From IMG/VR virus record IMGVR_UViG_3300045988_116708, positions 9,039-73,038 of that record: a stretch of DNA of 64,000 nucleotides; one strand, written 5' to 3'. The translations under genes were made by a program, and so were the position numbers. The notes below the pieces were generated by a model. That model was not told the DNA's origin. It did no database searches and saw only the letters and a program-made list of their open reading frames with translations. Source of the stretch: a virus. Shown here piece after piece: positions 25,853 to 33,873 of this stretch. Each line of letters starts with the position of its first letter. The stretch's first letter is position 1.

Positions 25853-25855
25853 AAC

Positions 25856-27262
25856 ATGCCCATGGATGAAATAACCGCTATATTAGACAGTACCCGACCT
25901 TTTGATAATATTATCAACGACTTAAAAGAGAAATCAGTCTGTGTCCCCTCATGGGATAAACTTATCAAAGACTATGAACCAACGATGCACGACATAGTTA
26001 CTGATACTGTTACTCGTCAAAACAAGGTAAGGTCTGATGGTACGGTAGAGCAAGCTTCACGTATCTATGTTGGTCTTGAAAAGCTTCTAACGAAGCGAAT
26101 AACAGAGTTCATGTATTCTATTCCGGTAAAACGTATATATCACAATATAGAGGGTAATCCTACCAGACAACAAATAGCAAAAGCGATCGAAGCAATATAC
26201 AAGTATGCTCGTATTGATAGTGAGAATATTAAGCGAGGTAATGCTTACTTTGCATCATGTGAAGTGTTCACTATTTGGTACACAGTTGAGAGCCCCAATA
26301 CTCTATATGGTTTTACAAGTAGATATAAACTAAAATGTAAGACCTACTCACCAATGGACGGTGTTAAGCTATATCCTTTACTTGATGAACTTGGTGATAT
26401 GATCGCAATGTCTTTTGAATACACAAAAAAGGTCAAAAATGAACAAATTACTTTTTTTGAGACATATACAGCAAACATGCATTATAAGTGGAAACAGGAG
26501 GGTAGCGGATGGGAATTAGTCAAATCAGAACCGGTTGCTATTCTAAAAATACCAGGAGTCTACGCCTATTGTTCGGTACCTATTTATCACGGGCTTTCCT
26601 ATATCAGAAAAGAAATAGAATATACCCTTTCACGCAATAGCGATGTAATCGCGTATAATTCCGCTCCTATACTAAAAATAGCTGGTGGGATAAAGGGTAG
26701 TGAGAATAAAGGAGAAAGTCGTAGAGTTTATCGCGTAGAACAAAATGGGGATGTAGCCTATGTTTCGTGGGCACAATCTATCGAGGCATTAAAATACCAT
26801 GTTGACACTTTAGTCAAATTGTTTTGGTCACAATCACAAATGCCAGATATTTCTTTTGAAAACATGAAATCTCTCGGTAATATCGGATTTGATGCAAGGC
26901 AGACTTTACTTACTGACGCTCATTTAAAGGTTGGAGACGAAAGCGGAGCGTGGATAGAAGCATTTGAACGCGAATGTAGTGTAATTAAGGCCTTCTTGAA
27001 AATGATGAATGTTACGTGGAAAGGTGAAGTAGATAATGTTGAAGTTGAGCATGTTATTACTCCGTTTATCCAAAATGATGAAAAGTCAGAAATAGAGAAG
27101 TGGGTTACAGCCAGTGGGGGGAAAGCGGTTGTCAGTCAATTAGAGGCCATCAAGAACTTGGGCATTTCTACCGATCCGCAAGAGACTCTCTCTCAAATTC
27201 AAAAAGAAGATGAAACTGCTTCTAGAATCAGAGTGAGCAACATATTTGAACAATCAGAATAA
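25856..27262 (+). CDS. Portal protein
   Basis: 468 aa; first large structural ORF after the terminase; followed by the MuF, scaffold and capsid genes. Called on position and size. Confidence 0.7.
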   Translation: MPMDEITAILDSTRPFDNIINDLKEKSVCVPSWDKLIKDYEPTMHDIVTDTVTRQNKVRSDGTVEQASRIYVGLEKLLTKRITEFMYSIPVKRIYHNIEGNPTRQQIAKAIEAIYKYARIDSENIKRGNAYFASCEVFTIWYTVESPNTLYGFTSRYKLKCKTYSPMDGVKLYPLLDELGDMIAMSFEYTKKVKNEQITFFETYTANMHYKWKQEGSGWELVKSEPVAILKIPGVYAYCSVPIYHGLSYIRKEIEYTLSRNSDVIAYNSAPILKIAGGIKGSENKGESRRVYRVEQNGDVAYVSWAQSIEALKYHVDTLVKLFWSQSQMPDISFENMKSLGNIGFDARQTLLTDAHLKVGDESGAWIEAFERECSVIKAFLKMMNVTWKGEVDNVEVEHVITPFIQNDEKSEIEKWVTASGGKAVVSQLEAIKNLGISTDPQETLSQIQKEDETASRIRVSNIFEQSE

Positions 27263-27282
27263 TAATCTAAAATATAAATATT

Positions 27283-27573
27283 ATGGCAAAAACGGATACT
27301 CTAGAATTTAATAAAGAAAAACAGGGATATTCCTGCGAATTTACCTCTGTTGGGAAATGTGTAATACAGATAGACAGAGAGAAAAGTGGCACACTTAGTA
27401 TATACGCAAAGTTGGAAGGAATGGATTATGCGCTATTGCATCAATATCCTGCCGCTCAATTCAATGACAATATGATTTTTGAGCTTGACGTACAACAAGG
27501 GCTTTCTATCAAGATACTAAGTTCGGTGGGTGTCATGAGTGCAAAGATGACTTATGAAGATGAAGAGTTGTAG
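27283..27573 (+). CDS. Hypothetical small beta-rich protein (paralog family with 27671 and 55833)
   Basis: [30 protein letters not shown] aligns with [30 protein letters not shown]. Confidence 0.55.
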   Translation: MAKTDTLEFNKEKQGYSCEFTSVGKCVIQIDREKSGTLSIYAKLEGMDYALLHQYPAAQFNDNMIFELDVQQGLSIKILSSVGVMSAKMTYEDEEL

Positions 27574-27670
27574 TAGTGTTACCTTTGTATAAATGCTATC
27601 TCGTATATAAAAATTTTGTAAAAGAATTGATTAAAAATATATATGTAAAAATAATTAAACATTTAATAGT

Positions 27671-28228
27671 GTGGAAAATATTGAATTTAATGAAAAAGAA
27701 GGTTTGTATGTAGCTGATTTTGAATCAAAAGGCAAGTGTGTGATTCAGATTGATAATAATACGGCAGATAATCTTGTTTTTTATCGTTACATGCCAGATA
27801 TGGAGCCAAGCTCATACGATAAGTTGGATTTTGATTGTAGAAAGAGGATATTTGATTTGGATATACCTATTGGAATGATGATACGTATTATTAGTAAGAC
27901 GGAAGTAAAAGCCGCCAAAATGATTGTCATACAACAACCAAACGGTAGCAGTTCTTCTATTACAGAAGTAGAAGCGACTATTGATAATAATACTGGTATT
28001 CCATCTGTGAACGTTTCTACAGAAGATGGTAAATTACAGTTTGACTTTAAAAATCTAAAAGGGACCAAGGGGGATAATGGGACAAATGGCAGTGATGGAG
28101 AAAAAGGTGCGACTGGCGCAAAAATTATGTCCATTGAATTGAGTATTACCGGAACGTCTATTTCAGGTACGGCGCATTTAGATGATGAAAGTACAGCGCC
28201 TATTTCTGGTACATATAATCCAGCATAA
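27671..28228 (+). CDS. Paralog of 27283 with C-terminal extension containing a short collagen-like tract
   Basis: GTG start; [22 protein letters not shown] run. Confidence 0.55.
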   Translation: MENIEFNEKEGLYVADFESKGKCVIQIDNNTADNLVFYRYMPDMEPSSYDKLDFDCRKRIFDLDIPIGMMIRIISKTEVKAAKMIVIQQPNGSSSSITEVEATIDNNTGIPSVNVSTEDGKLQFDFKNLKGTKGDNGTNGSDGEKGATGAKIMSIELSITGTSISGTAHLDDESTAPISGTYNPA

Positions 28229-28253
28229 ACATATAATTTTAAATAATATAAAG

Positions 28254-28970
28254 ATGAAAAAGTACATTGGAACAAAACAAATTGAAGCGGAACCTATAAC
28301 AATGGGTGAAGCATTTGAAAAAGGTTTATTGCAAGTAGGCAGAGTACCCACCGAATCCGAAAAGGACAAAAATGGGTATCGTGTAAGGTACAAGGACGGT
28401 TACGAAAGCTGGTCTCCTGCCGAACCGTTTGAGGAAGCATATAAATGCGCTGACACTTTCCTTGACCGTTTGCAGATTGAGCATGATGATCTTGTAGAAA
28501 AGTATGACAAGTGCGAAAAGTTTGTAGATTCGGATAAGTTCCGTGAAATTGTACAAGAGGATTATCCGGCATTTCTGTTATCATTGCAACGAAATGTGAT
28601 GAATAGATATGGAAGTATTATTGAACAAAGAATGTCCATAGCTAAAGGAGAAACAAGCATTACAACACTTCCAAGAATGTCCTTTGGAGATGCAATCGAA
28701 GCGTTGAAGTTCGGTTTTGCCATCCGTAGAAAAGGCTGGAACGGTAAAGGTCTGATGGTATTCAAACAAATACCAGCGCATATCGAAAGTGATATTATCC
28801 CCAAGATGCAATCACTTCCGCAATCAGCAAAAGACCTTATTCTGAAAGGCAAGGGCTTCATAGACTATACAAGCCAGTGTCTTATCTACAACGAAAATAC
28901 TGGTCGTGCTGATTCATGGGTTCCGTCTATCAGTGATGTATTTGCCGAAGATTGGGAGATTGTACAATAA
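28254..28970 (+). CDS. Two-domain protein with C-terminal DUF2829 (Tad2-like candidate)
   Basis: C-terminus MSFGDAIEALKFGFAIRRKGWNGKGLMVF...SWVPSISDVFAEDWEIV. N-terminus KQIEAEPITMGEAF...GYRVRYKDGYESWSPAEPFEEAY. ATG 28254 is preferred over the track start 28182. Confidence 0.7.
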   Translation: MKKYIGTKQIEAEPITMGEAFEKGLLQVGRVPTESEKDKNGYRVRYKDGYESWSPAEPFEEAYKCADTFLDRLQIEHDDLVEKYDKCEKFVDSDKFREIVQEDYPAFLLSLQRNVMNRYGSIIEQRMSIAKGETSITTLPRMSFGDAIEALKFGFAIRRKGWNGKGLMVFKQIPAHIESDIIPKMQSLPQSAKDLILKGKGFIDYTSQCLIYNENTGRADSWVPSISDVFAEDWEIVQ

Positions 28971-29045
28971 CCTATCTGTCAAGTTGTAGAAAAGTTAAAG
29001 GCAGCGTAGGCATCTGTTTATGCTGCTGGCTTAAAACTTAAAATC

Positions 29046-29414
29046 ATGAAGAAAAAAATATCAAACTGGCTTATTAGATTAGCATCGAAGATCAACCCAC
29101 AAGAAAGACTGAGTAGTATTGAACGAGTTGATAACTACGAAGCAAAGAAGCTAGGCATATGTCTTGCACGGACCAAGAAAGAAATCAAGGACTATCGCAA
29201 AAAGATGAAATTAGATGAAGGTTGGTCTAATCGCAAAGCCGATGAAATGCTTATCAGAGAACTTAAGAACGAAGTGCGCCAGTCAATCAACAACTCTATC
29301 AACCAAAGAGGGTTGGTTGAATACTCCGTTGAAAAGGTTGGTGACGAACTTCATGTTACCGGTGAAATCAAAGTCTATATCAAAAAAGAATCACATGAAA
29401 GTTCCAATAGATGA
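29046..29414 (+). CDS. Hypothetical protein
   Basis: ORF track. Confidence 0.55.
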   Translation: MKKKISNWLIRLASKINPQERLSSIERVDNYEAKKLGICLARTKKEIKDYRKKMKLDEGWSNRKADEMLIRELKNEVRQSINNSINQRGLVEYSVEKVGDELHVTGEIKVYIKKESHESSNR

Positions 29415-29757
29415 AATGACGTTTGCCGAAAGCGAATATCATAGAGGTAACAAAATATGGAATGCCCAAACGTTATACGATTTTGCTAAGGCAAAAGAGT
29501 ATCCAGTTATGGATATGCAACTTTGGTGCATTGATTTGACTACTGAAGCATTTGAATGCAGCCAACTTCATAGTTTCATATTCCAATGCAAGCGGGTTCG
29601 TAACTGTTCGCTTGATTATCCTATCATATTAGATGAAGTTGGCCAAATTGCTGATGGCTATCATCGTTTATGCAAAGCTATATTAGAGGGTAAGGAGACA
29701 ATTAAAGCTATTCGGTTATTGGAAATGCCGGCACCTGATAGGATTGAGGAGGAATAA
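29395..29757 (+). CDS. ParB-like nuclease domain protein
   Basis: YPIILDEVGQIADGYHRLCKAILEGKETIKAIRL resembles the ParB/Srx-fold DGxHR motif. ATG 29395 is preferred over the track start 29215. Confidence 0.55.
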   Translation: MKVPIDEMTFAESEYHRGNKIWNAQTLYDFAKAKEYPVMDMQLWCIDLTTEAFECSQLHSFIFQCKRVRNCSLDYPIILDEVGQIADGYHRLCKAILEGKETIKAIRLLEMPAPDRIEEE

Positions 29758-29758
29758 T

Positions 29759-29899
29759 ATGAAGAAGCATACAAGAATTATTACGGTAGAATATGTTGTA
29801 CGAGATTGCCATATCTGCGGTAAAGTTATAGTGAAGCATCATTTGTATCCAGAAATTGATAAAAAGCAAGAAAAACTGCGTAGATGGCAAAGGAGGTAA
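29759..29899 (+). CDS. Small CxxC protein (46 aa)
   Basis: Below the track cutoff; MKKHTRIITVEYVVRDCHICGK...; SD-like GAGGAGG upstream. Confidence 0.4.
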   Translation: MKKHTRIITVEYVVRDCHICGKVIVKHHLYPEIDKKQEKLRRWQRR

Positions 29900-30057
29900 T
29901 GATTCAGTCTAAATATCATTGTCGAGATTGTGTACATAGCTACGATTGGCATGAGAAAAATAGTAAAGGTGAATTGTTTATGTGTCGATGTCGGCTATCT
30001 AAATGGACTAAATTTTTGAATCGTAATATATGTGATAAGTTTAAGAAGAAAGAATAG
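29899..30057 (+). CDS. Small zinc-finger-like protein (52 aa)
   Basis: TAATG overlap; CRDC...CRC...C. Confidence 0.4.
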   Translation: MIQSKYHCRDCVHSYDWHEKNSKGELFMCRCRLSKWTKFLNRNICDKFKKKE

Positions 30058-30141
30058 GATCTTAAAAATATGCCATAATTATTAGTCTAACCCCCGTGAT
30101 TTTTCTGACAACTTATAGCGTAATATTAAAAATAGGACAAT

Positions 30142-31758
30142 ATGGCAAAACCTAAAATTCCAAATCAGAAAAAGAAGTATCAAGAACTTAACAGTCGGAT
30201 AAATAGGTATGTCGTTCTTGTTGAGCAGATATACGACACACTGAATTTGGACGCCGCCAAAGCTGTTTCACGTACGGAATATTCCTCTGATAGCAATAAA
30301 CCGTTTAAATGGTCCGATTACCCTCAAACTAAAAAACAAATTGACGACATACAAAGGCATTTCGTAGAAGATATAAACGCAATTATCTATCGTGGTACGA
30401 CCGAAGAATGGAAAAATAGTAATGAAGCACAGGATTTGATAGCAAACAGAGTATTAAAAGCATATAACGCACAAGTTGATAGAGAGAAATATAAAGTTTT
30501 GTATCAAGTAAATTCTGATGCTCTGAAAGCATTTCAAAACCGGAAGGATAAAGGATTCAATATATCGGCAAAACTCTGGCAGCAATCTATGATCTACAAA
30601 GAGGAATTGGAGGCTGCGATCTCATGCGCTATTCAAAAAGGAACCAGCGCTGTTACGTTGAGTAAGCAAATATCTCAATACTTACTTGATTTTCCATCAC
30701 TGCAAAAAGATTATAAAGACAGATACGGAAGTGCTGAACATATACAAGATTGTGAATACAGATCTATCCGCCTAGCCCGTTCGGAGATAAACATGGCTTA
30801 TCGAACATCCGAAAATGAACGTTGGAAGCAAATGGATTTCGTAGTAGGATATGAAATTAAATTAAGTTCCTCTCATCACAACCGTATGCCACATGGAGAT
30901 ATTTGTGATACACTTGCCGGAAAATATCCTAAAGATTTCAGCTGGACAGGATGGCACCCGAACGACTTATGCTATAAAGTCCCTATCCTCAAAACAGAAG
31001 AAGAATTCTGGGAATGGGATGGACTGAGCGATGTTTCTACAGAAAGTATTAATGAAGTAAAGGATGTTCCTGACGAATTTAAAAAATGGGTACTTGACAA
31101 CCAACAAAAGATTGAGAAAGCGCGGGAAAGAAACACCTTACCTTATTTTTTGAGAGATAACAAATCAATTGTTCAGAATATAAATACTGAGAATTCAGCT
31201 AAAGAGCTTGTTAATCGTGCTTCTTTAGTTGGGAAGGAGGTACAAAGTTTAGCAGAATCCATCGCTAAAAATAATAAAGGATTTGTAACTCCAATCAATT
31301 ACAAAAGCATTTCATCAATAACAAGAAAAGCGACAACGGAGGGTATAACTCCATACGATATAAAAGACGCAGTTAGGACGACAATCATAGTTCCCAAATC
31401 ACAAATAGATCAAGTCTTGAACGAACTATCTGAAAACGATTCGTTTGTGCGACTGAAAAGACAAAAGCCGGAATCATTTATGGGATATAGTGGCAATATA
31501 GTTAATATTCAAACATCTAACGGATTAATTGCTGAGATTCAAGTTAATACAGACCGTATGATTTATGCCAAAGAAAAACCGGAAGACGCAAAACGAATTC
31601 TTGGAGAAAAACGTTGGAAGAATATACAAAATCAAACAGGTATGAAGGGGGGGCTGGGGCATAAATATTATGAAGAATGGCGAGTATTAGACAAAGCTGA
31701 TAAAAAGGCGCAAAAAATAGTTGAAAAATCAATCGAATATTATAGTCATTTCCAATAA
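30142..31758 (+). CDS. Minor head / head-morphogenesis protein (MuF, SPP1 gp7 family) fused to a C-terminal RelA/SpoT-like nucleotidyltransferase domain
   Basis: MuF core: RLARSEINMAYRTSENERWKQMDFVVGYEI...HGDICDTLAGKYP...WHPNDLCY. C-terminal domain: YKSISSITRK...DIKDAVRTTIIV...GYSGNIVNIQ...AEIQVNTDRMIYAKE...GHKYYEEW follows the order of RSH synthetase motifs. Confidence 0.75.
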   Translation: MAKPKIPNQKKKYQELNSRINRYVVLVEQIYDTLNLDAAKAVSRTEYSSDSNKPFKWSDYPQTKKQIDDIQRHFVEDINAIIYRGTTEEWKNSNEAQDLIANRVLKAYNAQVDREKYKVLYQVNSDALKAFQNRKDKGFNISAKLWQQSMIYKEELEAAISCAIQKGTSAVTLSKQISQYLLDFPSLQKDYKDRYGSAEHIQDCEYRSIRLARSEINMAYRTSENERWKQMDFVVGYEIKLSSSHHNRMPHGDICDTLAGKYPKDFSWTGWHPNDLCYKVPILKTEEEFWEWDGLSDVSTESINEVKDVPDEFKKWVLDNQQKIEKARERNTLPYFLRDNKSIVQNINTENSAKELVNRASLVGKEVQSLAESIAKNNKGFVTPINYKSISSITRKATTEGITPYDIKDAVRTTIIVPKSQIDQVLNELSENDSFVRLKRQKPESFMGYSGNIVNIQTSNGLIAEIQVNTDRMIYAKEKPEDAKRILGEKRWKNIQNQTGMKGGLGHKYYEEWRVLDKADKKAQKIVEKSIEYYSHFQ

Positions 31759-31782
31759 AAATCACTATCTTTACATATAAAA

Positions 31783-32010
31783 ATGAACCAGAAGGAATTA
31801 TATAATAAATTACAGTCAGGCGAAACGGTTTATTTACTTGACGATTTTGAAGAAGCTGTTATCCGTTTATATTTCGATAACGGCCAAACAAAATCATATA
31901 TAAAACATCATGGACGTAATGAAATAGAAATTCCGCAATCCGATGATACAGTGTGTGATATAATTCTTGGAGGAAAAGAGATTTCAAAATCAGAATATGA
32001 CAAATACTAG
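31783..32010 (+). CDS. Small hypothetical protein between the toxin-like domain and the hydrolase
   Basis: ORF track. Confidence 0.5.
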   Translation: MNQKELYNKLQSGETVYLLDDFEEAVIRLYFDNGQTKSYIKHHGRNEIEIPQSDDTVCDIILGGKEISKSEYDKY

Positions 32011-32428
32011 TACTTTATTAGAAAAAGCTCTTCAAATAGCAACTGATGCGCATCTTTATCAAGTTGACAAAGCTGGGGTACCTTATATTTTCCATCCTAT
32101 CCGTGTCTCAAACAGATGTTCTACTGATGACGAAAGGATTGTTGCTTTGCTGCACGATACAATAGAAGATACCGAAGTTACCGCTGAATATTTACTTATG
32201 GAAGGGTTTCCTCGTAATATAGTAGATGCTATACTTTCTGTCACTCGCAACGAGGATGAAAACTATGAAGATTTCATAAAACGCTCTAGGCTTAATCCTA
32301 TAGGAAGACAAGTAAAACTACATGATTTAGAAGACAACATGGATATAACACGTTTGAATGAACTTACAGAAAAGGATCTTTACAGATTGAACAAATACAT
32401 AAAAGCATATAAATATCTTAAAGAATAA
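31997..32428 (+). CDS. HD-domain small alarmone hydrolase (SpoT-hydrolase-like)
   Basis: LEKALQIATDAHLYQVDKAGVPYIFHPIRV...VALLHDTIEDTEVT. ATG 31997 is preferred; the track start 31967 is a TTG. Confidence 0.8.
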   Translation: MTNTSTLLEKALQIATDAHLYQVDKAGVPYIFHPIRVSNRCSTDDERIVALLHDTIEDTEVTAEYLLMEGFPRNIVDAILSVTRNEDENYEDFIKRSRLNPIGRQVKLHDLEDNMDITRLNELTEKDLYRLNKYIKAYKYLKE

Positions 32429-32455
32429 TCGCTGATGTACAATTACATTCAGTTT

Positions 32456-32498
32456 CACGGCACGAAGTACAAGATTACTCTCGTGCCGTGCGTTTATT
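32456..32498 (+). terminator. Intrinsic terminator after the hydrolase gene
   Basis: CACGGCACGA-N15-TCGTGCCGTG then CGTTTATT. Confidence 0.65.
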
Positions 32499-32515
32499 AT
32501 GATAGTTTAACATTG

Positions 32516-32551
32516 AAAGTGGCGTTTAAAACGTCACTTTTGCTACCTTTG
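32516..32551 (+). promoter_or_regulatory. Palindrome + promoter cassette 4
   Basis: AAAGTGGCG-N7-CGTCACTTT then TACCTTTG at 32544-32551. Confidence 0.55.
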
Positions 32552-32559
32552 TGTCAGAA

Positions 32560-32577
32560 GCGTATGAAGATGTACGC
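32560..32577 (+). promoter_or_regulatory. Leader hairpin H3 (scaffold/capsid operon)
   Basis: GCGTA-T-GAAGAT-G-TACGC; same loop as H2, with the outer pair swapped C-G to G-C. Confidence 0.55.
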
Positions 32578-32663
32578 CACAGAACTTGTCGTGTTGTGAT
32601 TTGCTTCAATTTAGCACGATTGAACGAAACTCATTGCTCTAATGTTTAGTAAAGTTCTAAGCG

Positions 32664-32702
32664 AATAGTCTGCTGGCATACGTGCTACGCAGACTATTTT
32701 TG
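32664..32702 (+). terminator. Intrinsic terminator inside the capsid-operon leader
   Basis: AATAGTCTGC-N15-GCAGACTATT then TTTTG, 19 nt before ATG 32721. Confidence 0.6.
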
Positions 32703-32720
32703 TAATTAAAACATTATACA

Positions 32721-33440
32721 ATGGACAGAAAACAACAAGTATTGTTGAGATTGAAACCGAAAGTGAAGGCATTCGGGTTCAATTCAAGGGAATTAAAGGG
32801 TATTGCTGCCAAGATTGCCGATAACCTTACTTCCGCAGATGATGCCTCAGATGAAGACGTAAATGCAGAAATTGACAAAGAGATTGACTCCGCATTACGT
32901 TACTTGCCTTTCGGCCAGTCACAAGCCAATCGCTTGCTTGATGAATGGAAGAAAAATCACCCTGAAACAGATGACGACGACAACGATGACGATGATGACG
33001 ACGACGGAGCTTCGGATAATCAAAGACGTCAAGCTGGTTCAAACACCAAAAATCCCAAAAACAAAGGAAAGAATGATGATGCTCCGGAATGGGCTAAAGG
33101 TTTGGTTCAGACAGTACAAACACTGAATGACGAAATCGCAGCATTGAAAGGTGAAAAAGTTACCACTACACGTAGAGAGAAACTTGAAACCCTTTTAAAA
33201 GATGCTGGTACATTCGGAACTCGCACATTGAAATCCTTCAATAAAATGAAGTTTGAAAATGATGAAGAGTTTGAAGAATTCTATTCCGAAGTTGAGGAAG
33301 ATTTAAAATCTTACAACCAAGAACGTGCCGACGCAGGACTATCTAGTTTGGGGAATCCTCCAGGTGCAGGAAGTAAGAAACAAGAAAAAAATGAAGTATT
33401 AACCGATGAAGAGGTTATAGCAATTGCTAAAGGCCTTTAA
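32721..33440 (+). CDS. Head scaffolding protein
   Basis: Acidic and helical, with the poly-Asp tract DDDNDDDDDDDG; sits upstream of the capsid gene. Confidence 0.65.
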   Translation: MDRKQQVLLRLKPKVKAFGFNSRELKGIAAKIADNLTSADDASDEDVNAEIDKEIDSALRYLPFGQSQANRLLDEWKKNHPETDDDDNDDDDDDDGASDNQRRQAGSNTKNPKNKGKNDDAPEWAKGLVQTVQTLNDEIAALKGEKVTTTRREKLETLLKDAGTFGTRTLKSFNKMKFENDEEFEEFYSEVEEDLKSYNQERADAGLSSLGNPPGAGSKKQEKNEVLTDEEVIAIAKGL

Positions 33441-33457
33441 TCAAAAGTAAAATTAAA

Positions 33458-33859
33458 ATGGGCGCAAAAGCTGATTTAGTAAACGAACAGGAGACGATTT
33501 TAACCGGAATGGATTCGATTGTTATTCGTAACTATTTGGGCGGAATTATGAATGGGCGGACATTAGACATGACTGGATTTAAGCAGTCTGTAATTAAAGC
33601 CGGTCATATTGTTATCCGCGATACAGAGAACGATACCTATAAGCCAATGCCTGTTAACTCAGCAGGCACAGCTTACGAATCATTGCCATCTAATCATGAA
33701 TACGTTGGTGTTGTTGTTTGTTCAAAACCTGCCGACAAGCCATTCGTTGGTATTATGTATGCTGGTGAAGTAAATGATGTGGCGAGTCCTTATCCTATTG
33801 ACAGCATTAAGGCTGCATTAAAAACGGCATTGCCGCAATTGGCTTTTTTACACGATTAA
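33458..33859 (+). CDS. Head-associated protein (decoration-like, positional call)
   Basis: 133 aa between the scaffold and capsid genes. Confidence 0.45.
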   Translation: MGAKADLVNEQETILTGMDSIVIRNYLGGIMNGRTLDMTGFKQSVIKAGHIVIRDTENDTYKPMPVNSAGTAYESLPSNHEYVGVVVCSKPADKPFVGIMYAGEVNDVASPYPIDSIKAALKTALPQLAFLHD

Positions 33860-33873
33860 AAAGGAGGTGAAAG

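Noticed and set aside
32827-33126. ORFs 32827-33042 (-) and 32863-33126 (+) in the scaffold gene
   Set aside because: They are frame shadows over the GAT/GAC poly-Asp tract of the scaffold ORF.
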